A stretch of DNA of 64,000 nucleotides from Gemmatimonadales bacterium (lineage in GTDB: Bacteria > Gemmatimonadota > Gemmatimonadetes > Gemmatimonadales > GWC2-71-9). The translations under genes and the position numbers were made by a program. The notes beneath the pieces are model-generated. The model saw nothing but the letters and a program-made list of their open reading frames with translations, was not told the origin of the DNA and made no database searches. The stretch covers positions 2,208,001-2,272,000 of the forward strand of contig OZ252244.1 of assembly GCA_965249575.1 (NCBI GenBank), given 5' to 3'. Below, in pieces: positions 36,763 through 47,246 of this stretch (its first letter is position 1; each line of letters opens with the position of its first letter).

Positions 36763-37616
36763 GTGACGGTTAGCCCACTCGCGCTCACCGCCGGTGCGAG
36801 CGATCGAGCAGGGTTTCCTTCGCGAGTCAGCGCCTCGGCGATTGCCGCCGCCACACGGCCGGTTTCCAGCCGGGGCGCCAGCGCGATCAATGCCGACCCG
36901 GCCCCTGAGATCGTCACGCCATGAGCTCCGGCGTCCAGCCCCGCTCGCACCGCGGTGTCGAACCCGCGGATGAGTCGCTTGCGGTATGTGACGGCCAGCT
37001 GATCTTCCATGCCGAATCGAATCAGCTGGGACTCACCGTTGGTCAGGCCCAACAGCAAGGCGGCGGCGCGAGACGACTGGGCGATCGCTACGGCGCGCGG
37101 TACCTCCCGCGGGAGTAGCGCTCTCGCCTCGTGCGTATCGATGCCCTCCTCAGGAATCGCGAGTCCGACGCCGAGTTCCGCATGGAGAGCGAGCCTCGTC
37201 GGGAGGTCCGCCGAGAGAACCAAGCCCCCGTAAATTGCGGGTCCGGCGTTGTCGGGGTGGCCCTCTAGCTGCGCGACGGTCTCGAAGATGGCGTCGTGGT
37301 CGACCGCACGCCCCTCGGCGAGCTGCACGAGAGCTGCGCCCGCCGTGAGCGCGGCCGCCGATGATCCGAGACCCTTGCCGATCGGGATCTCGGAATGCAG
37401 CTCGAGTCGCCGGTCCGTATCCACGCCGGATGCGCGCAACAGGCTCGCGACGTGGTCTTGGTCGGGATCGACCGACGAGACGGTCCCCGTATATCTGGCC
37501 GGTCCGGATCCCTCCAACAGGCGTGCCTCAAGCCACACGTCCAGCGCGAGCCCGAGGCAGTCAAATCCGGCCCCAAGGTTGGATGTCGAGGCCGGGACGC
37601 GCACCGTGAGCGTCAT
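36759..37616 (-). CDS. thrB: Homoserine kinase
   Basis: VPASTSNLGAGFDCLG, PIGKGLGSSAAA, EGHPDN, ISGAG. Confidence 0.93.
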   Translation of the reverse strand: MTLTVRVPASTSNLGAGFDCLGLALDVWLEARLLEGSGPARYTGTVSSVDPDQDHVASLLRASGVDTDRRLELHSEIPIGKGLGSSAAALTAGAALVQLAEGRAVDHDAIFETVAQLEGHPDNAGPAIYGGLVLSADLPTRLALHAELGVGLAIPEEGIDTHEARALLPREVPRAVAIAQSSRAAALLLGLTNGESQLIRFGMEDQLAVTYRKRLIRGFDTAVRAGLDAGAHGVTISGAGSALIALAPRLETGRVAAAIAEALTREGNPARSLAPAVSASGLTVT

Positions 37617-37694
37617 CGTGCGCCCCCCCGGTTGGGGACGGTGGGCGTGCCAATCAATCCGAGTGCCATCGAGAAGAGTCGCTGGAGAGGACAG

Positions 37695-40600
37695 CTACAT
37701 GCGGAACAAGTAGCTGAGCTTCATGAAGAAATTGTCGTTGACGCGCCGGAGGTCGCGGAAAGCAAGAGCGTCCGTTTCGGTCAGGCTGGATCCGTAGCCT
37801 GCGAAGAAGACCGTGCCGGGATTGGGCTGAAGGGCCAATAGCACGTCGTAGCGGAAGTCGTTCGTGACCTCTCGAGTGGTGAGGGTGCCGTCTACCAGAA
37901 TGGGATCCTCCGTACGCGGGTCCCTGAGGGCATCCCGAGTTCGTGCGTCGTACTGACCCACGAACCGGACGAAGAGCGGTCGGGCCAGCTGGTACTCGAT
38001 TTTTAGGCGTGGAACGTGGGCCGTCGCGAAGGTACTGCCATCCCGCTTCCGTCGAAGGCGGCGGTGAAGGTACTGCGCGTCAATCCGAATCTGCTCCGTG
38101 GGGCGCCACTCGATGGTGAAGCTCGGCATGATGACAGGGGCCGGTGCGAACTCGAAGTGATCGATATCCTGGCCGTAAATGAACCGTGCGGTGGCGGAGA
38201 ACTGTGAGAACTTGGGCGTCCGCAGACTCGCGATGAAGCCCAAGGATCGCACTTGGCCGTCGAGTACGAAAGGCACGGTGTCGACCGCTCCGCCCGCCAG
38301 CACTTGCTCCACCGCGTACCCGGCGTGGAACGTGGAGTCGAATTCAAACGTCTCGGTAATGGGGTTCACGCTCAGCGACCACCCACCTTTGAAGGCAAAG
38401 GTGTTGTTGAAGCTGATGCGTGTCTCAATGGGTTTCCCCCCACCGAAGAACTGATGGTAGTCCCACGTGCCGCTGAAGTTCACCCTCCCTGTCCAACTCT
38501 CGAAGACGCCGCCCGGTTGTCCGAACAGCGAGAACCGGTTCGAAGCGTCTGCACTGACGAACCCCACCCGGCGAACGAACCCGCTCGCGGCCACGAAGTC
38601 TGGGTGAAATCCCTTGACCTGGTATCGGAACCCCCAGGAGCGCCCGGTCCGGTCGGCCCACAGGTCCCAGATCGGTCCAGAAGCGATGGACCCGAGCCGG
38701 CGCGTGAAGCTCTGCCCCGCCTGTAACTGGATGAAGTACAGTTTCTTGAATACGATGCGGGCATCGAACGCCGCCACACGGTTGAAATCGCGGCCATCGA
38801 TCTTGTCCGTGTAGGTCAAGCCGACCGTTGACTGACCGGCGAGGTCCCGGCGGAGGCGAACGAGGTTATAGATGGGGTTGTCGACGAGCGTCTCGGAGGC
38901 GTTCTTGGCGTCGACCGCCGAGAGCAATCCGATGGTCGTACCCGCGGCTTTCCCGGTGAGCTTCACAGCTCCCACGGGGTTGGTGACCCGCCGGGTGTAG
39001 ATGAGCTGTCCTGGGGAGCTCAGCTGTTCGATGCCCTCCACGAAGAACGGCCGCTTTTCCGGAAAGAAGATGGCGAAGCGTGGATCGATGGGAATCCGCG
39101 CGGCGTCGGCCTCGACCTGCGAGAAATCGGGATTGACGGTCCCGTTCATCGTGAGGTTGGTGGTCACGCCCCATCGAATGTTGCCGCCCAGCTCCGCCAC
39201 ATCGGGGCCAAGCTCGTCATACTGCCAGCCGGTGCCTGTTGCCGACGGCTCGCCATCGACGCGAGCCGTGACGACCGGGTTGATGTCGAGCACGAGTCCG
39301 CGGCTGAGACCGGTCAGGTCTCGGAGCCGCCCGGATTGGGACAGGAACGACGCCGTGCGCCCGGTGCGGGTCCACGTGTCCTCGTACCCGGAACGCTGCA
39401 CCTTGCGCAGGATGTTGATGCCCCAATCCTGCGCCGCTCTCGACTGGAAGCGGAAGCTCTTGAACGGGATGCGAACCTCGACCTCGTAGCCATAGTCCGT
39501 GAGGCGTCCCTTGGAGTCGTAGACGAAGTCGGGACTCAAGTCCAAGCCCCGGGCGAAGCCTACCTGGTTTCCTCCCCCTCCCCCTCCACTTCCCCCGACA
39601 CGGATGATCGATCCTCCCTCGTTTCGTATCCCGTCGGCCTGAGCGCCAAGGGGATTCACGCCGAACGTGAGAGCCTGCCGCCGATCGTTGAAGGTATCGA
39701 GGAGAATCTGGATGTAATCGTCGTTGTCGATCTTGTCCCGATCGGCGAGCGTCGCGCGAATAGTGCCCGTCGGCGCGAAAGCTCGAATGCCGAAGTGGAT
39801 CGCGGACTCTGAGTACCAAATCAATACCTGAGTCGAATCCTCGGCTGGCCGGCCTTCCAGCGGGCTGAACTGCGAGAACCCCGTGAGGAGCGACGCTTGG
39901 GCCCACACGGATTCGTCGAGTAGTCCATCCACTGTAATCGATTCGCCCAACTGAGGCGCGCGAACATCGGTCTGCCCCGCCCCTCCCGAGTACACTCCCA
40001 TTGTTGCGTCCGCGTTTCCCGCCTCGAGGGACGGCCCGTTCGTGGGCGCCGCGACCGCCGGCTGCCGCGGCGCGACCCGCTCCGCCCGCGCCGCCGGCGC
40101 CCCGTCCACGTACATCACCGGACACGCCCGCACCTGCCCCCGCCGCCGCACCACCACCCGCCCCGCCCGTCCGTCCGCCAACGCCCGCTGCGCGTCCCGA
40201 TACGCCCGCCCCCCCCACTCCCCCGCCCACACTGCACACAAATCCGTGTAGCCCGCCTCCCCCGGCACCCGTGTCAGCAACACCGCCGCCTCCCCGCCCC
40301 CCCACACCGCGTCCTGCGCCGCCGCCCGCGCCGGCCCAAACCCCCAGTACCACACCGCCACCCCCCGATACCACGCCGGCCGCAACCGCCGCCCCGCCGG
40401 ATCGTGCTCCAACGTGCTCCCCGCCGGCACCACCACCGCCAGCACCATCTGCCCCGTCCCCACCACCCGCACCTGCCCCCGCCGCGCCAACGCCCGAATC
40501 ACCGCCGCACTGCGCACCGCCACCGGCTCCACCCCCCCCGCCACCACCTCCACCTCGTACACCCGCCGCACCACGCTGTAGCCCCCCACCCCCGGAATCG

Positions 40601-40862
40601 TCGAGAAGACCTCCCCTCCCCCCCGCACCCGGTACAACGTCCCCGCCTGCGGCTCCGTCCGCCCCAAATCGTACCACTGCACCGCCCGCCCCTTGTACCA
40701 CCCGTCCCGCAACGGATAGTGCGTCGCAAACGCCTCCCCCAACTGCTCCACCGCGCTCCGCTCCACGGGCGTCCAGCCCGCCTGGCTACCACCGGTCACC
40801 TGGGCGGCAAGCAGGGGAGAACCGGCAACCGCAACTGTGAGAGCAAAGTGGAGCGCGAGCAA
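37695..40862 (-). CDS. Large exported protein: duplicated N-terminal module, CBM9-like sugar-binding domain and DUF5916-type beta-barrel
   Basis: Signal peptide; ITVDGLLDESVW, LDTFND, EVRIPF, NPDFSQVEAD, FPEKRPFFVEG, C-terminal KLSYLFRM. Confidence 0.82.
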   Translation of the reverse strand: MLALHFALTVAVAGSPLLAAQVTGGSQAGWTPVERSAVEQLGEAFATHYPLRDGWYKGRAVQWYDLGRTEPQAGTLYRVRGGGEVFSTIPGVGGYSVVRRVYEVEVVAGGVEPVAVRSAAVIRALARRGQVRVVGTGQMVLAVVVPAGSTLEHDPAGRRLRPAWYRGVAVWYWGFGPARAAAQDAVWGGGEAAVLLTRVPGEAGYTDLCAVWAGEWGGRAYRDAQRALADGRAGRVVVRRRGQVRACPVMYVDGAPAARAERVAPRQPAVAAPTNGPSLEAGNADATMGVYSGGAGQTDVRAPQLGESITVDGLLDESVWAQASLLTGFSQFSPLEGRPAEDSTQVLIWYSESAIHFGIRAFAPTGTIRATLADRDKIDNDDYIQILLDTFNDRRQALTFGVNPLGAQADGIRNEGGSIIRVGGSGGGGGGNQVGFARGLDLSPDFVYDSKGRLTDYGYEVEVRIPFKSFRFQSRAAQDWGINILRKVQRSGYEDTWTRTGRTASFLSQSGRLRDLTGLSRGLVLDINPVVTARVDGEPSATGTGWQYDELGPDVAELGGNIRWGVTTNLTMNGTVNPDFSQVEADAARIPIDPRFAIFFPEKRPFFVEGIEQLSSPGQLIYTRRVTNPVGAVKLTGKAAGTTIGLLSAVDAKNASETLVDNPIYNLVRLRRDLAGQSTVGLTYTDKIDGRDFNRVAAFDARIVFKKLYFIQLQAGQSFTRRLGSIASGPIWDLWADRTGRSWGFRYQVKGFHPDFVAASGFVRRVGFVSADASNRFSLFGQPGGVFESWTGRVNFSGTWDYHQFFGGGKPIETRISFNNTFAFKGGWSLSVNPITETFEFDSTFHAGYAVEQVLAGGAVDTVPFVLDGQVRSLGFIASLRTPKFSQFSATARFIYGQDIDHFEFAPAPVIMPSFTIEWRPTEQIRIDAQYLHRRLRRKRDGSTFATAHVPRLKIEYQLARPLFVRFVGQYDARTRDALRDPRTEDPILVDGTLTTREVTNDFRYDVLLALQPNPGTVFFAGYGSSLTETDALAFRDLRRVNDNFFMKLSYLFRM

Positions 40863-41065
40863 GAGAGAGAGCCCACTCCTCGGCGTCAGGGGACAGCCCC
40901 CCGGCCGTTTTTCGGGAGAACGTTCGGTTGATCGGTAGAACCGTTATGCAGCATGCGATCTCTCACGACGCGCAGCCCTCACTCGCCTGTGCTCCCGAGG
41001 ACAACATCTCTATTCGCGCGCCAGCGCCCGATCCGCTCCCGTTGTGTGTCCGGTGGCGATTCGTG

Positions 41066-42280
41066 TCACTCGTACCGCAGAGCCACGATCGGGTCCAGGA
41101 GCGATGCCCGGCGAGCTGGCCAGAGGCCGAAAAACACCCCCACCACCGCGCTGAATGCGAAAGCGAGAACGATGGCCGGCGCGGAGATCAATGTATTCCA
41201 ATTCGCAAGGGTCGAAAGTGCAATGGCGCCGCCCGACCCCACCAGGATGCCGAGGATGCCACCCATCACGCAAAGCACAACGGACTCCACCAGGAACTGC
41301 ATGAGGATGTTCTGCCGCGTGGCACCCAGCGCCATGCGCACTCCAATCTCCCGTGTGCGTTCGGTGACCGAAACCAACATGATGTTCATGATGCCGATGC
41401 CGCCTACCAGGAGGCTCACGGCTGCGATGCCTCCGAGCAGGAACGTGAAAGTCTGCGTGGTCTCCTCGAAGGTCGCCAGAAACTCGGCCCGGTTTCTGAT
41501 CTGAAAGTCGTTATCGCCTCCGGGGCGGATCTGGTGCTCGCGCCGGAGCACGCGCTCGATGTCGATCATGGCCAGCCGCACCGAGTCGGGGTGTCCCACC
41601 TCGACGGTGATCGAGTTGAGTCGGTCGGAGCCGAACATCCGGAACTGAGCAGTTTGGAGCGGGATGAGAATCTGCTCGTCCGGGTTCCGCCAGCTCATCT
41701 GCGCACCCTTCGTGTCGAGCACCGCCACGATCTCGTAGTTGCTTCCGCCAATTCCCACTTGCTGGCCGATCATCGCGGCGCCGTTCGCTCCCAGCATCTC
41801 CGGGACGGAATTGCCAAGCACGGCGACACGCCTGCGAGCCGCGTCATCTCCTGCCGTGAATGGCTTGCCCGCGAAGACTTTGTAGTTGTTCACCGATACG
41901 TAGTTCGCTGTCGTGCCGACGACGCTCACGTTGATGTTCTGGTTGCCGTATTTTACCTGGGTGTTTCTCGAAATCTCGGGGACTACGGCCTCGAGCCACG
42001 TGGCGTCTCGCGCGAGCGCCTCGTAGTCGTCGGTCGTCAAGCTGACCCGATTCGCGCTCGCGACCCCGTGAAACCTCGACTGGCCGGGGTAGACGCTGAG
42101 GAGGTTGGTGCCGAGCGCCTCGATCTGTGCCTGCACGGCCTGCCGGGCACCCGTTCCAAGGGCCACCATCGTGATCACGGCGGCGACGCCAATCACGATG
42201 CCCAGCATGGTCAGAAGCGAGCGGAGTTTGTTGGCGCGAATGGCGCCAAGTGCGACGGTGAAGATCTCGCCCAATAGCAT
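41066..42280 (-). CDS. MacB/FtsX-type ABC transporter permease
   Basis: RSLLTMLGIVIGV, GGIGIMNIMLVSVTERTREIG, PARRAS.LDPI.ALRYE. Confidence 0.93.
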   Translation of the reverse strand: MLLGEIFTVALGAIRANKLRSLLTMLGIVIGVAAVITMVALGTGARQAVQAQIEALGTNLLSVYPGQSRFHGVASANRVSLTTDDYEALARDATWLEAVVPEISRNTQVKYGNQNINVSVVGTTANYVSVNNYKVFAGKPFTAGDDAARRRVAVLGNSVPEMLGANGAAMIGQQVGIGGSNYEIVAVLDTKGAQMSWRNPDEQILIPLQTAQFRMFGSDRLNSITVEVGHPDSVRLAMIDIERVLRREHQIRPGGDNDFQIRNRAEFLATFEETTQTFTFLLGGIAAVSLLVGGIGIMNIMLVSVTERTREIGVRMALGATRQNILMQFLVESVVLCVMGGILGILVGSGGAIALSTLANWNTLISAPAIVLAFAFSAVVGVFFGLWPARRASLLDPIVALRYE

Positions 42281-42282
42281 CG

Positions 42283-43782
42283 CTACCTCCGTTGCACGCC
42301 TGGTAGTCCGGCGCGTCCCTGGACGCGCTCGCTGAACGCCTGCTGGGAGGCCACCAGGCTCGCGCTCGGAAGCACGAGCACGGTGTCCGACACCGCGAGT
42401 CCCGACACGACCTCTGAGTTGTCGAGGTCTGTGAGCCCCGTTCGGACGGGCACGGCCATCGGCTGCCCATCCCGCACCACGAACACGATGTACTCCCCGC
42501 CGAACGCGGCGTCGGTAGTCCGATTGGCGGCCCGGCGTCCGCCACCACGGCGCCCTCCTCCCCCTCCCCCTCCGCGCAGCTGTCCCATGATTCGGCGCTC
42601 TGCGGCACTCAAGGATTGGGGGCCTCCGCCCCTGCGCATCTTCTGGAACATCCCCTGGACCTGCTCTTCGGTTACCCCCGGCGGGAGCGGCACCTCGTGG
42701 CCCCCGACGGATATGGTTCGCTGGGGTGCTCCGCCGTCTGCTGCCGGTGTGGCGCCGCCGAGCGACGCCTCCCCGTTGTCGTCGCCATCCCGCTTCCGGG
42801 CTGCGGCGAGCTGCTCGCGGACGGCTTCGGGCTCCAGACCGAGCACGCCGGCTGCGGAAGCCACATCGCGCTGAGTTCGCAGTGCGGCGTTCGGTACCGT
42901 GAGTACCCCACTGCGCTCACCGACGTGGATCTCGATCTCCGCGTTCATGCCCGGTTTGAGGAGCCGGTCGTCGTTGGAGATCTTCACCGCCACCGGGAAC
43001 ATCGTGACGTTCTGCTGCACGGTAGCCTGCGGTTCTATCTTCAAAACCTGTCCCCTGAAGGGCCGATTCGGGTACGCATCGACGACGATGGTGACGTCGA
43101 GTCCATGCCTGATTTTGCCGATGTCGGTCTCGTCGACCAGCGCCCGCACTTGCACGGTGTCGAGGTCGGCTATCTTCAAGAGGACCGTCCCGCCACTGAT
43201 GTTGCCCGTCGCTGACGAGATGACCGTTCCCACGTCGATGTTCTTGGTCAGGATGACGCCCCGTGCTGGTGCTCTGACGTCAGTATCCTCGAACGCGATC
43301 TTCGCGTTTTCCAAGGAGCTCTCCGCGCGGATGACGGCGGCCTTGGCGTTTGCGAACTGGAGTTTTGCCGCGTCGAACTCCGTCTCCGTGATCGATTGTG
43401 TACGATGAAGCTCCTCGGCGCGACCGAGCTGGGATTGGGCGTTAGCCAGTTGCGCCTCCGCCACATCCAGGTCCGCCTCCGCCTGCCGCAGGGTGTTCTT
43501 GGGATTCCGAGGATCGACTCGCACGAGCAGCTGGCCGGGGCGCACGACGTCGCCGGTCTCCACTTCCACGGAGATGATCTCACCGGACGCTTTGGATTTG
43601 ACCTCGACCGAGTCTTGAGGTTGCACGCTACCCGCTGCGTTGACCGTGACTATGATGTCCTGCTCGGCGAGCGCCACCATCTGGTAGACCGGTAGGTCCG
43701 GCTCCTCCCCGCACGCGGCGACGAGCAGCAGCCCACCGACACCAACCAGTGCGGATCGAATCGAGCGGTGCGTGCCCTTCAT
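42283..43782 (-). CDS. MacA-like periplasmic adaptor (RND MFP family), lipoprotein
   Basis: VAAC lipobox, [31 protein letters not shown]. Confidence 0.9.
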   Translation of the reverse strand: MKGTHRSIRSALVGVGGLLLVAACGEEPDLPVYQMVALAEQDIIVTVNAAGSVQPQDSVEVKSKASGEIISVEVETGDVVRPGQLLVRVDPRNPKNTLRQAEADLDVAEAQLANAQSQLGRAEELHRTQSITETEFDAAKLQFANAKAAVIRAESSLENAKIAFEDTDVRAPARGVILTKNIDVGTVISSATGNISGGTVLLKIADLDTVQVRALVDETDIGKIRHGLDVTIVVDAYPNRPFRGQVLKIEPQATVQQNVTMFPVAVKISNDDRLLKPGMNAEIEIHVGERSGVLTVPNAALRTQRDVASAAGVLGLEPEAVREQLAAARKRDGDDNGEASLGGATPAADGGAPQRTISVGGHEVPLPPGVTEEQVQGMFQKMRRGGGPQSLSAAERRIMGQLRGGGGGGGRRGGGRRAANRTTDAAFGGEYIVFVVRDGQPMAVPVRTGLTDLDNSEVVSGLAVSDTVLVLPSASLVASQQAFSERVQGRAGLPGVQRR

Positions 43783-44525
43783 GCGGCCTTCCCGGTCAAC
43801 ACGTCGCGCTCTACCTTACCGTCCAGGAGATGTATTTGGCGGCTTGCGTGCGCAGCAATGTCGGTTTCATGAGTGATGAGAATGATGGTCTGTCCCGCGT
43901 CGTGGAGCCCCTCGAAGACTTCCAGGATCTCCTGGCTCGTACCGCTGTCGAGGTTTCCGGTGGGCTCGTCGGCGAGTACGATGCTCGGCTCGTTGACCAG
44001 GGCTCGCGCGATGGCGACCCGTTGTCGCTGTCCACCCGACAGCTCGTTCGGCCGATGCTGCATCCGATCGCTCAGCCCTACCTTGCCGAGGGCACCCTCC
44101 GCACGCTCGCGGCGCTCCTTTGCGGGAACACCGGAATAGACGAGCGGTAGCTCCACGTTATGTAGCGCCGTAGCGCGCGGGAGCAGGTTGAAGGTCTGGA
44201 ACACGAACCCGATTTCCTTGTTTCGGATCCGCGCAAGCGCGTCTTCGTCGAGCTCGCTCACCTTCTGGGAGTTGAGCCAGTACTCCCCGGATGACGGTGT
44301 ATCCAGACAGCCCAGCAGATTCATGAGCGTCGACTTGCCGGAGCCCGATGGGCCCATGATCGCCGTGAACTCGTTGCGCCGGATCTGCACGTCCACCCCG
44401 CTCAGTGCGTGGATGACTTCGGCCCCCAGGTGATAGTCCCGAGTCAGCTTGTGCGTCAGGATGATGATATCGGGCAGCGGCGTGTCGCCTGTATTGAAGT
44501 CCATACGCTCCTTCGTCTCGCTCAT
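43779..44525 (-). CDS. ABC transporter ATP-binding protein (MacB/LolD type)
   Basis: [30 protein letters not shown]. Confidence 0.95.
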   Translation of the reverse strand: MSETKERMDFNTGDTPLPDIIILTHKLTRDYHLGAEVIHALSGVDVQIRRNEFTAIMGPSGSGKSTLMNLLGCLDTPSSGEYWLNSQKVSELDEDALARIRNKEIGFVFQTFNLLPRATALHNVELPLVYSGVPAKERRERAEGALGKVGLSDRMQHRPNELSGGQRQRVAIARALVNEPSIVLADEPTGNLDSGTSQEILEVFEGLHDAGQTIILITHETDIAAHASRQIHLLDGKVERDVLTGKAA

Positions 44526-45811
44526 AGATCCCGTCCTATCAGGGTCTCGATGCCTGCCTGCGCGACCAGGAAATCGTGTCGTGCCTCGACGGCGTCGACC
44601 GCCACTTGGTCGACGTTCACCTGTGCCGTGAGAACGTCGAGGATGGTGGCTGCACCGAGACGGTAGCGCTCGCGCTGCACGCGCGAGTCTTCCTCGGCGG
44701 CCTCCCGGCTTGCCTCCGCGATTTGGATGCGCGCGCTCGCGGACGCCAGTGCTGCGAACTGCTGCGTGAGTTCCGCGTTCGTCTGCCGGCGCGCGTCGTC
44801 AGCTCGTGCCTCCGCCGCGTCGCGGCTCGCTAGCGAGCGCGCAACCGAGGTCTCTCGTGTGAACCCGTTGAAGATCGGCCACGAGAGCGACAACCGGGCC
44901 GTCCAGGAGTTGTTGAGCTGGTCGACGGCACTCCCCGCCCACGAGTTTGAGTAGCTTGCGGTGACCGTCGGGAAGTACTGCGAGCGGGACACGCCCATCT
45001 GTGCGTGCGCGGCGGCGGCGGTGGCTTCGGCCTGGGCGATCGCGGGCGAATTAAGCAACGCTTCCTGCCGTAGCCCCGCGGTGTCAAGGCTGGGTAATGT
45101 ATACAGTGACGAGTCGCCGAGCGCTCGCACTGGCCCGTCCAGTCCCACCAGTCGCGCGAGGTCCGCCTCAGCCGTCGCCCGCTGCGTTTGGGCGTTCAAT
45201 AGCTGTAACTCCGCGTTGCCAAGCTCGACCCTTCCGCGCAGCGTGTCCGAACGTATGGCGCTGCCGGCGGCCAGTTTCTCTTTCGAGATTTTCAGCTGCT
45301 CCTCACCCCGCTGTACCCGGGTTTCCGCCACCCGTACCAGTTCGTCCGCGGCCACGGCGCTGAAGAAGGCCCGCTTGGTCTGAAGCGCGACCTGGAACCG
45401 TTGATTGACGAGCGCGGCGTCTGCGCTCGTCGCTCCCGCCGAGCTCGCTCGACTCTGGGCGGCCCGGCGAAAGCCATCGAAGATCTGGAGTGAAGCGTTG
45501 AACCCCGCCGAGTACGAAGTCGACGCCCCGTTCACGGTCCGCTGGGTGGCTTGGTCGAAGCGTTGCGAGGAGTTCGTGCTCCAACCCGAGGTCCCGGTGA
45601 GGCTCGGGAGCCAATTGCCGATGGCCTCGCGGCGCTCCGCCTGGGCTAGCAGGACGTCTCCTCGCGCCTGGATGATCGCTGGCTGGGACCGCACCGCCAG
45701 CGAGATTGCCTCTTCGAGCGTCACGCCAGTCACCTGCGCTGCGGTCGCCCGAGGCAACAGGCTGGCGAGCATCGCGATGGCGGTGATGGAGAATCTGGAC
45801 TCAACGTGCAC
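44522..45811 (-). CDS. TolC family outer membrane efflux protein
   Basis: Two OEP repeats ([30 protein letters not shown]); GTG start at 45811 inferred. Confidence 0.88.
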   Translation of the reverse strand: MHVESRFSITAIAMLASLLPRATAAQVTGVTLEEAISLAVRSQPAIIQARGDVLLAQAERREAIGNWLPSLTGTSGWSTNSSQRFDQATQRTVNGASTSYSAGFNASLQIFDGFRRAAQSRASSAGATSADAALVNQRFQVALQTKRAFFSAVAADELVRVAETRVQRGEEQLKISKEKLAAGSAIRSDTLRGRVELGNAELQLLNAQTQRATAEADLARLVGLDGPVRALGDSSLYTLPSLDTAGLRQEALLNSPAIAQAEATAAAAHAQMGVSRSQYFPTVTASYSNSWAGSAVDQLNNSWTARLSLSWPIFNGFTRETSVARSLASRDAAEARADDARRQTNAELTQQFAALASASARIQIAEASREAAEEDSRVQRERYRLGAATILDVLTAQVNVDQVAVDAVEARHDFLVAQAGIETLIGRDL

Positions 45812-46202
45812 GGCGGTTTCCCTTCGAACGATTGGATCTCGTACTGTCGCGAAGACCATTCAAGCGGCGGTATTCCGCGCGCTGGCGCTCGTCCAAGAGG
45901 CGCGCGACATCGGCTCGAAGATCTCCCCTGATTGCCTCGAACCGGGGTCGAACCTCGTCCCATACGAAGCGAAGCGCGGCGTGGTGGCGCTCGAAGATCG
46001 CGGACACGGAATCGCGCTGATCCGTCGTGAGGCTCAGCTCTTCCGTCAGCAACGCCGTAAACCGTGCCCGGCGGTCGTCGCTACCGCGGCTTCGGCGCTC
46101 CCCGGTTCCCCAGGCGGCGGTGGCTGCTCCACCCATCACGGCGCCCGCGGCGAACGTCGCCAGCAGGAGGAAAACCGCCCAAAGTTTCGATCGATTGAAC
46201 AT
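45801..46202 (-). CDS. Spy/CpxP-like periplasmic helical protein
   Basis: N-terminal TM; ELSLTTDQR and LLDERQR LTxxQ-like motifs. Confidence 0.6.
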   Translation of the reverse strand: MFNRSKLWAVFLLLATFAAGAVMGGAATAAWGTGERRSRGSDDRRARFTALLTEELSLTTDQRDSVSAIFERHHAALRFVWDEVRPRFEAIRGDLRADVARLLDERQRAEYRRLNGLRDSTRSNRSKGNRRAR

Positions 46203-46248
46203 CAGGACCACCCTTCCGCTACAACAGCTGTCTCATTCGTTGGTGGTG

Positions 46249-46638
46249 TCATTTGGCCGGCTCCGGAATCTCGCCTACGAGCACCGCTGCGATGTCCACC
46301 TCCGAGAGCGCGCGCGCCGCCAGCAGGGCCGCTGGCGTGACCGTAGCGGCGGCCGATCGGACACCCGCAACGTCCGGGGCGTCCGGCGCCCTCAGGTACT
46401 CACTGAGCCAGACCGTACCCGCTAGCGCCAGGACGACGGCGGCGGCGAGACCGGGCCGCGCCCACGCTCCGAGCACGTCCCACCAGGCCTGCGGATCCGC
46501 CCGCCCAATGTCGCCCCATCGGATCCGCGCGACGATACCGCGGCTGAACTCCTCGTCATCGGGAGCGGATAAGACTTCTTGAAGCGCCGCCCCGAGTTCC
46601 AAGTCGCGCCGGTGATCGAACGGCGACCCGCCGGTCAT
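46249..46638 (-). CDS. Putative membrane anti-sigma factor
   Basis: Single TM helix; ATGA overlap with the ECF sigma gene. Confidence 0.6.
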   Translation of the reverse strand: MTGGSPFDHRRDLELGAALQEVLSAPDDEEFSRGIVARIRWGDIGRADPQAWWDVLGAWARPGLAAAVVLALAGTVWLSEYLRAPDAPDVAGVRSAAATVTPAALLAARALSEVDIAAVLVGEIPEPAK

Positions 46639-47186
46639 CTGGAGTCCGCCCGTGTATCGGCGAGGGAGCCTAAGGCCTCGCGCAGGCGGCGACGTGCGTG
46701 GAAGACGTCGGATCTCACGGTGCCCTCCGGGACGTTTAGAACCTCTGCAATATCACGATGCGCGTAGCCTTCCGCATCGAACATGACGATGGCGACCCGC
46801 TGCCTCTCGGGTAGCTCTGCCAACGCGCGCTCCAACGCGGCTCGGAGCTCACTCCGCTCCGCCACTACATCGGGCCCCGGTCCTCTCGACGACGCGTTGG
46901 CCGGGATCGGTTCGGTCTGCCGCACCTGCCTGCGTCTCCGGCGGTCGGCCGCCGCGTTGGCGACGACCCTCAAAAGCCATGGGCCGAACGGGCGCGTTGG
47001 GTCATACCGCTGCAGTTTCTTGAGCGCGGCGAGCAAGCCGTCCTGTACGGCGTCGTCGCCGTCATGGGGATTCAACAGAATCGCCCTTGCGATGCGCCGT
47101 GCCTGCCCGGCGTAGCGCGAGACCAGGATTCCAAAGGCCTCGCGATCACCCGCGCGCGCCCGCGCGGCGAGCTCAGCGTCGTCCAC
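46635..47186 (-). CDS. ECF RNA polymerase sigma factor
   Basis: DDAVQDG, FGPWLLRVVAN, IAEVLNVPEGTVRS..FHARRRLR. Confidence 0.92.
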   Translation of the reverse strand: MDDAELAARARAGDREAFGILVSRYAGQARRIARAILLNPHDGDDAVQDGLLAALKKLQRYDPTRPFGPWLLRVVANAAADRRRRRQVRQTEPIPANASSRGPGPDVVAERSELRAALERALAELPERQRVAIVMFDAEGYAHRDIAEVLNVPEGTVRSDVFHARRRLREALGSLADTRADSR

Positions 47187-47246
47187 TTCTGACCTACGCG
47201 GGCACTCTGAGAAACGTTGAAGGCGTCGTGGCTCGCTCCCAGGCGA

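Noticed and set aside
39217..40931. Long Gly-rich (minus) and Pro-rich or His/Pro-rich (plus) ORFs
   Set aside because: These are alternative-frame shadows produced by the G-ending codon bias of the real 37695-40862 gene.
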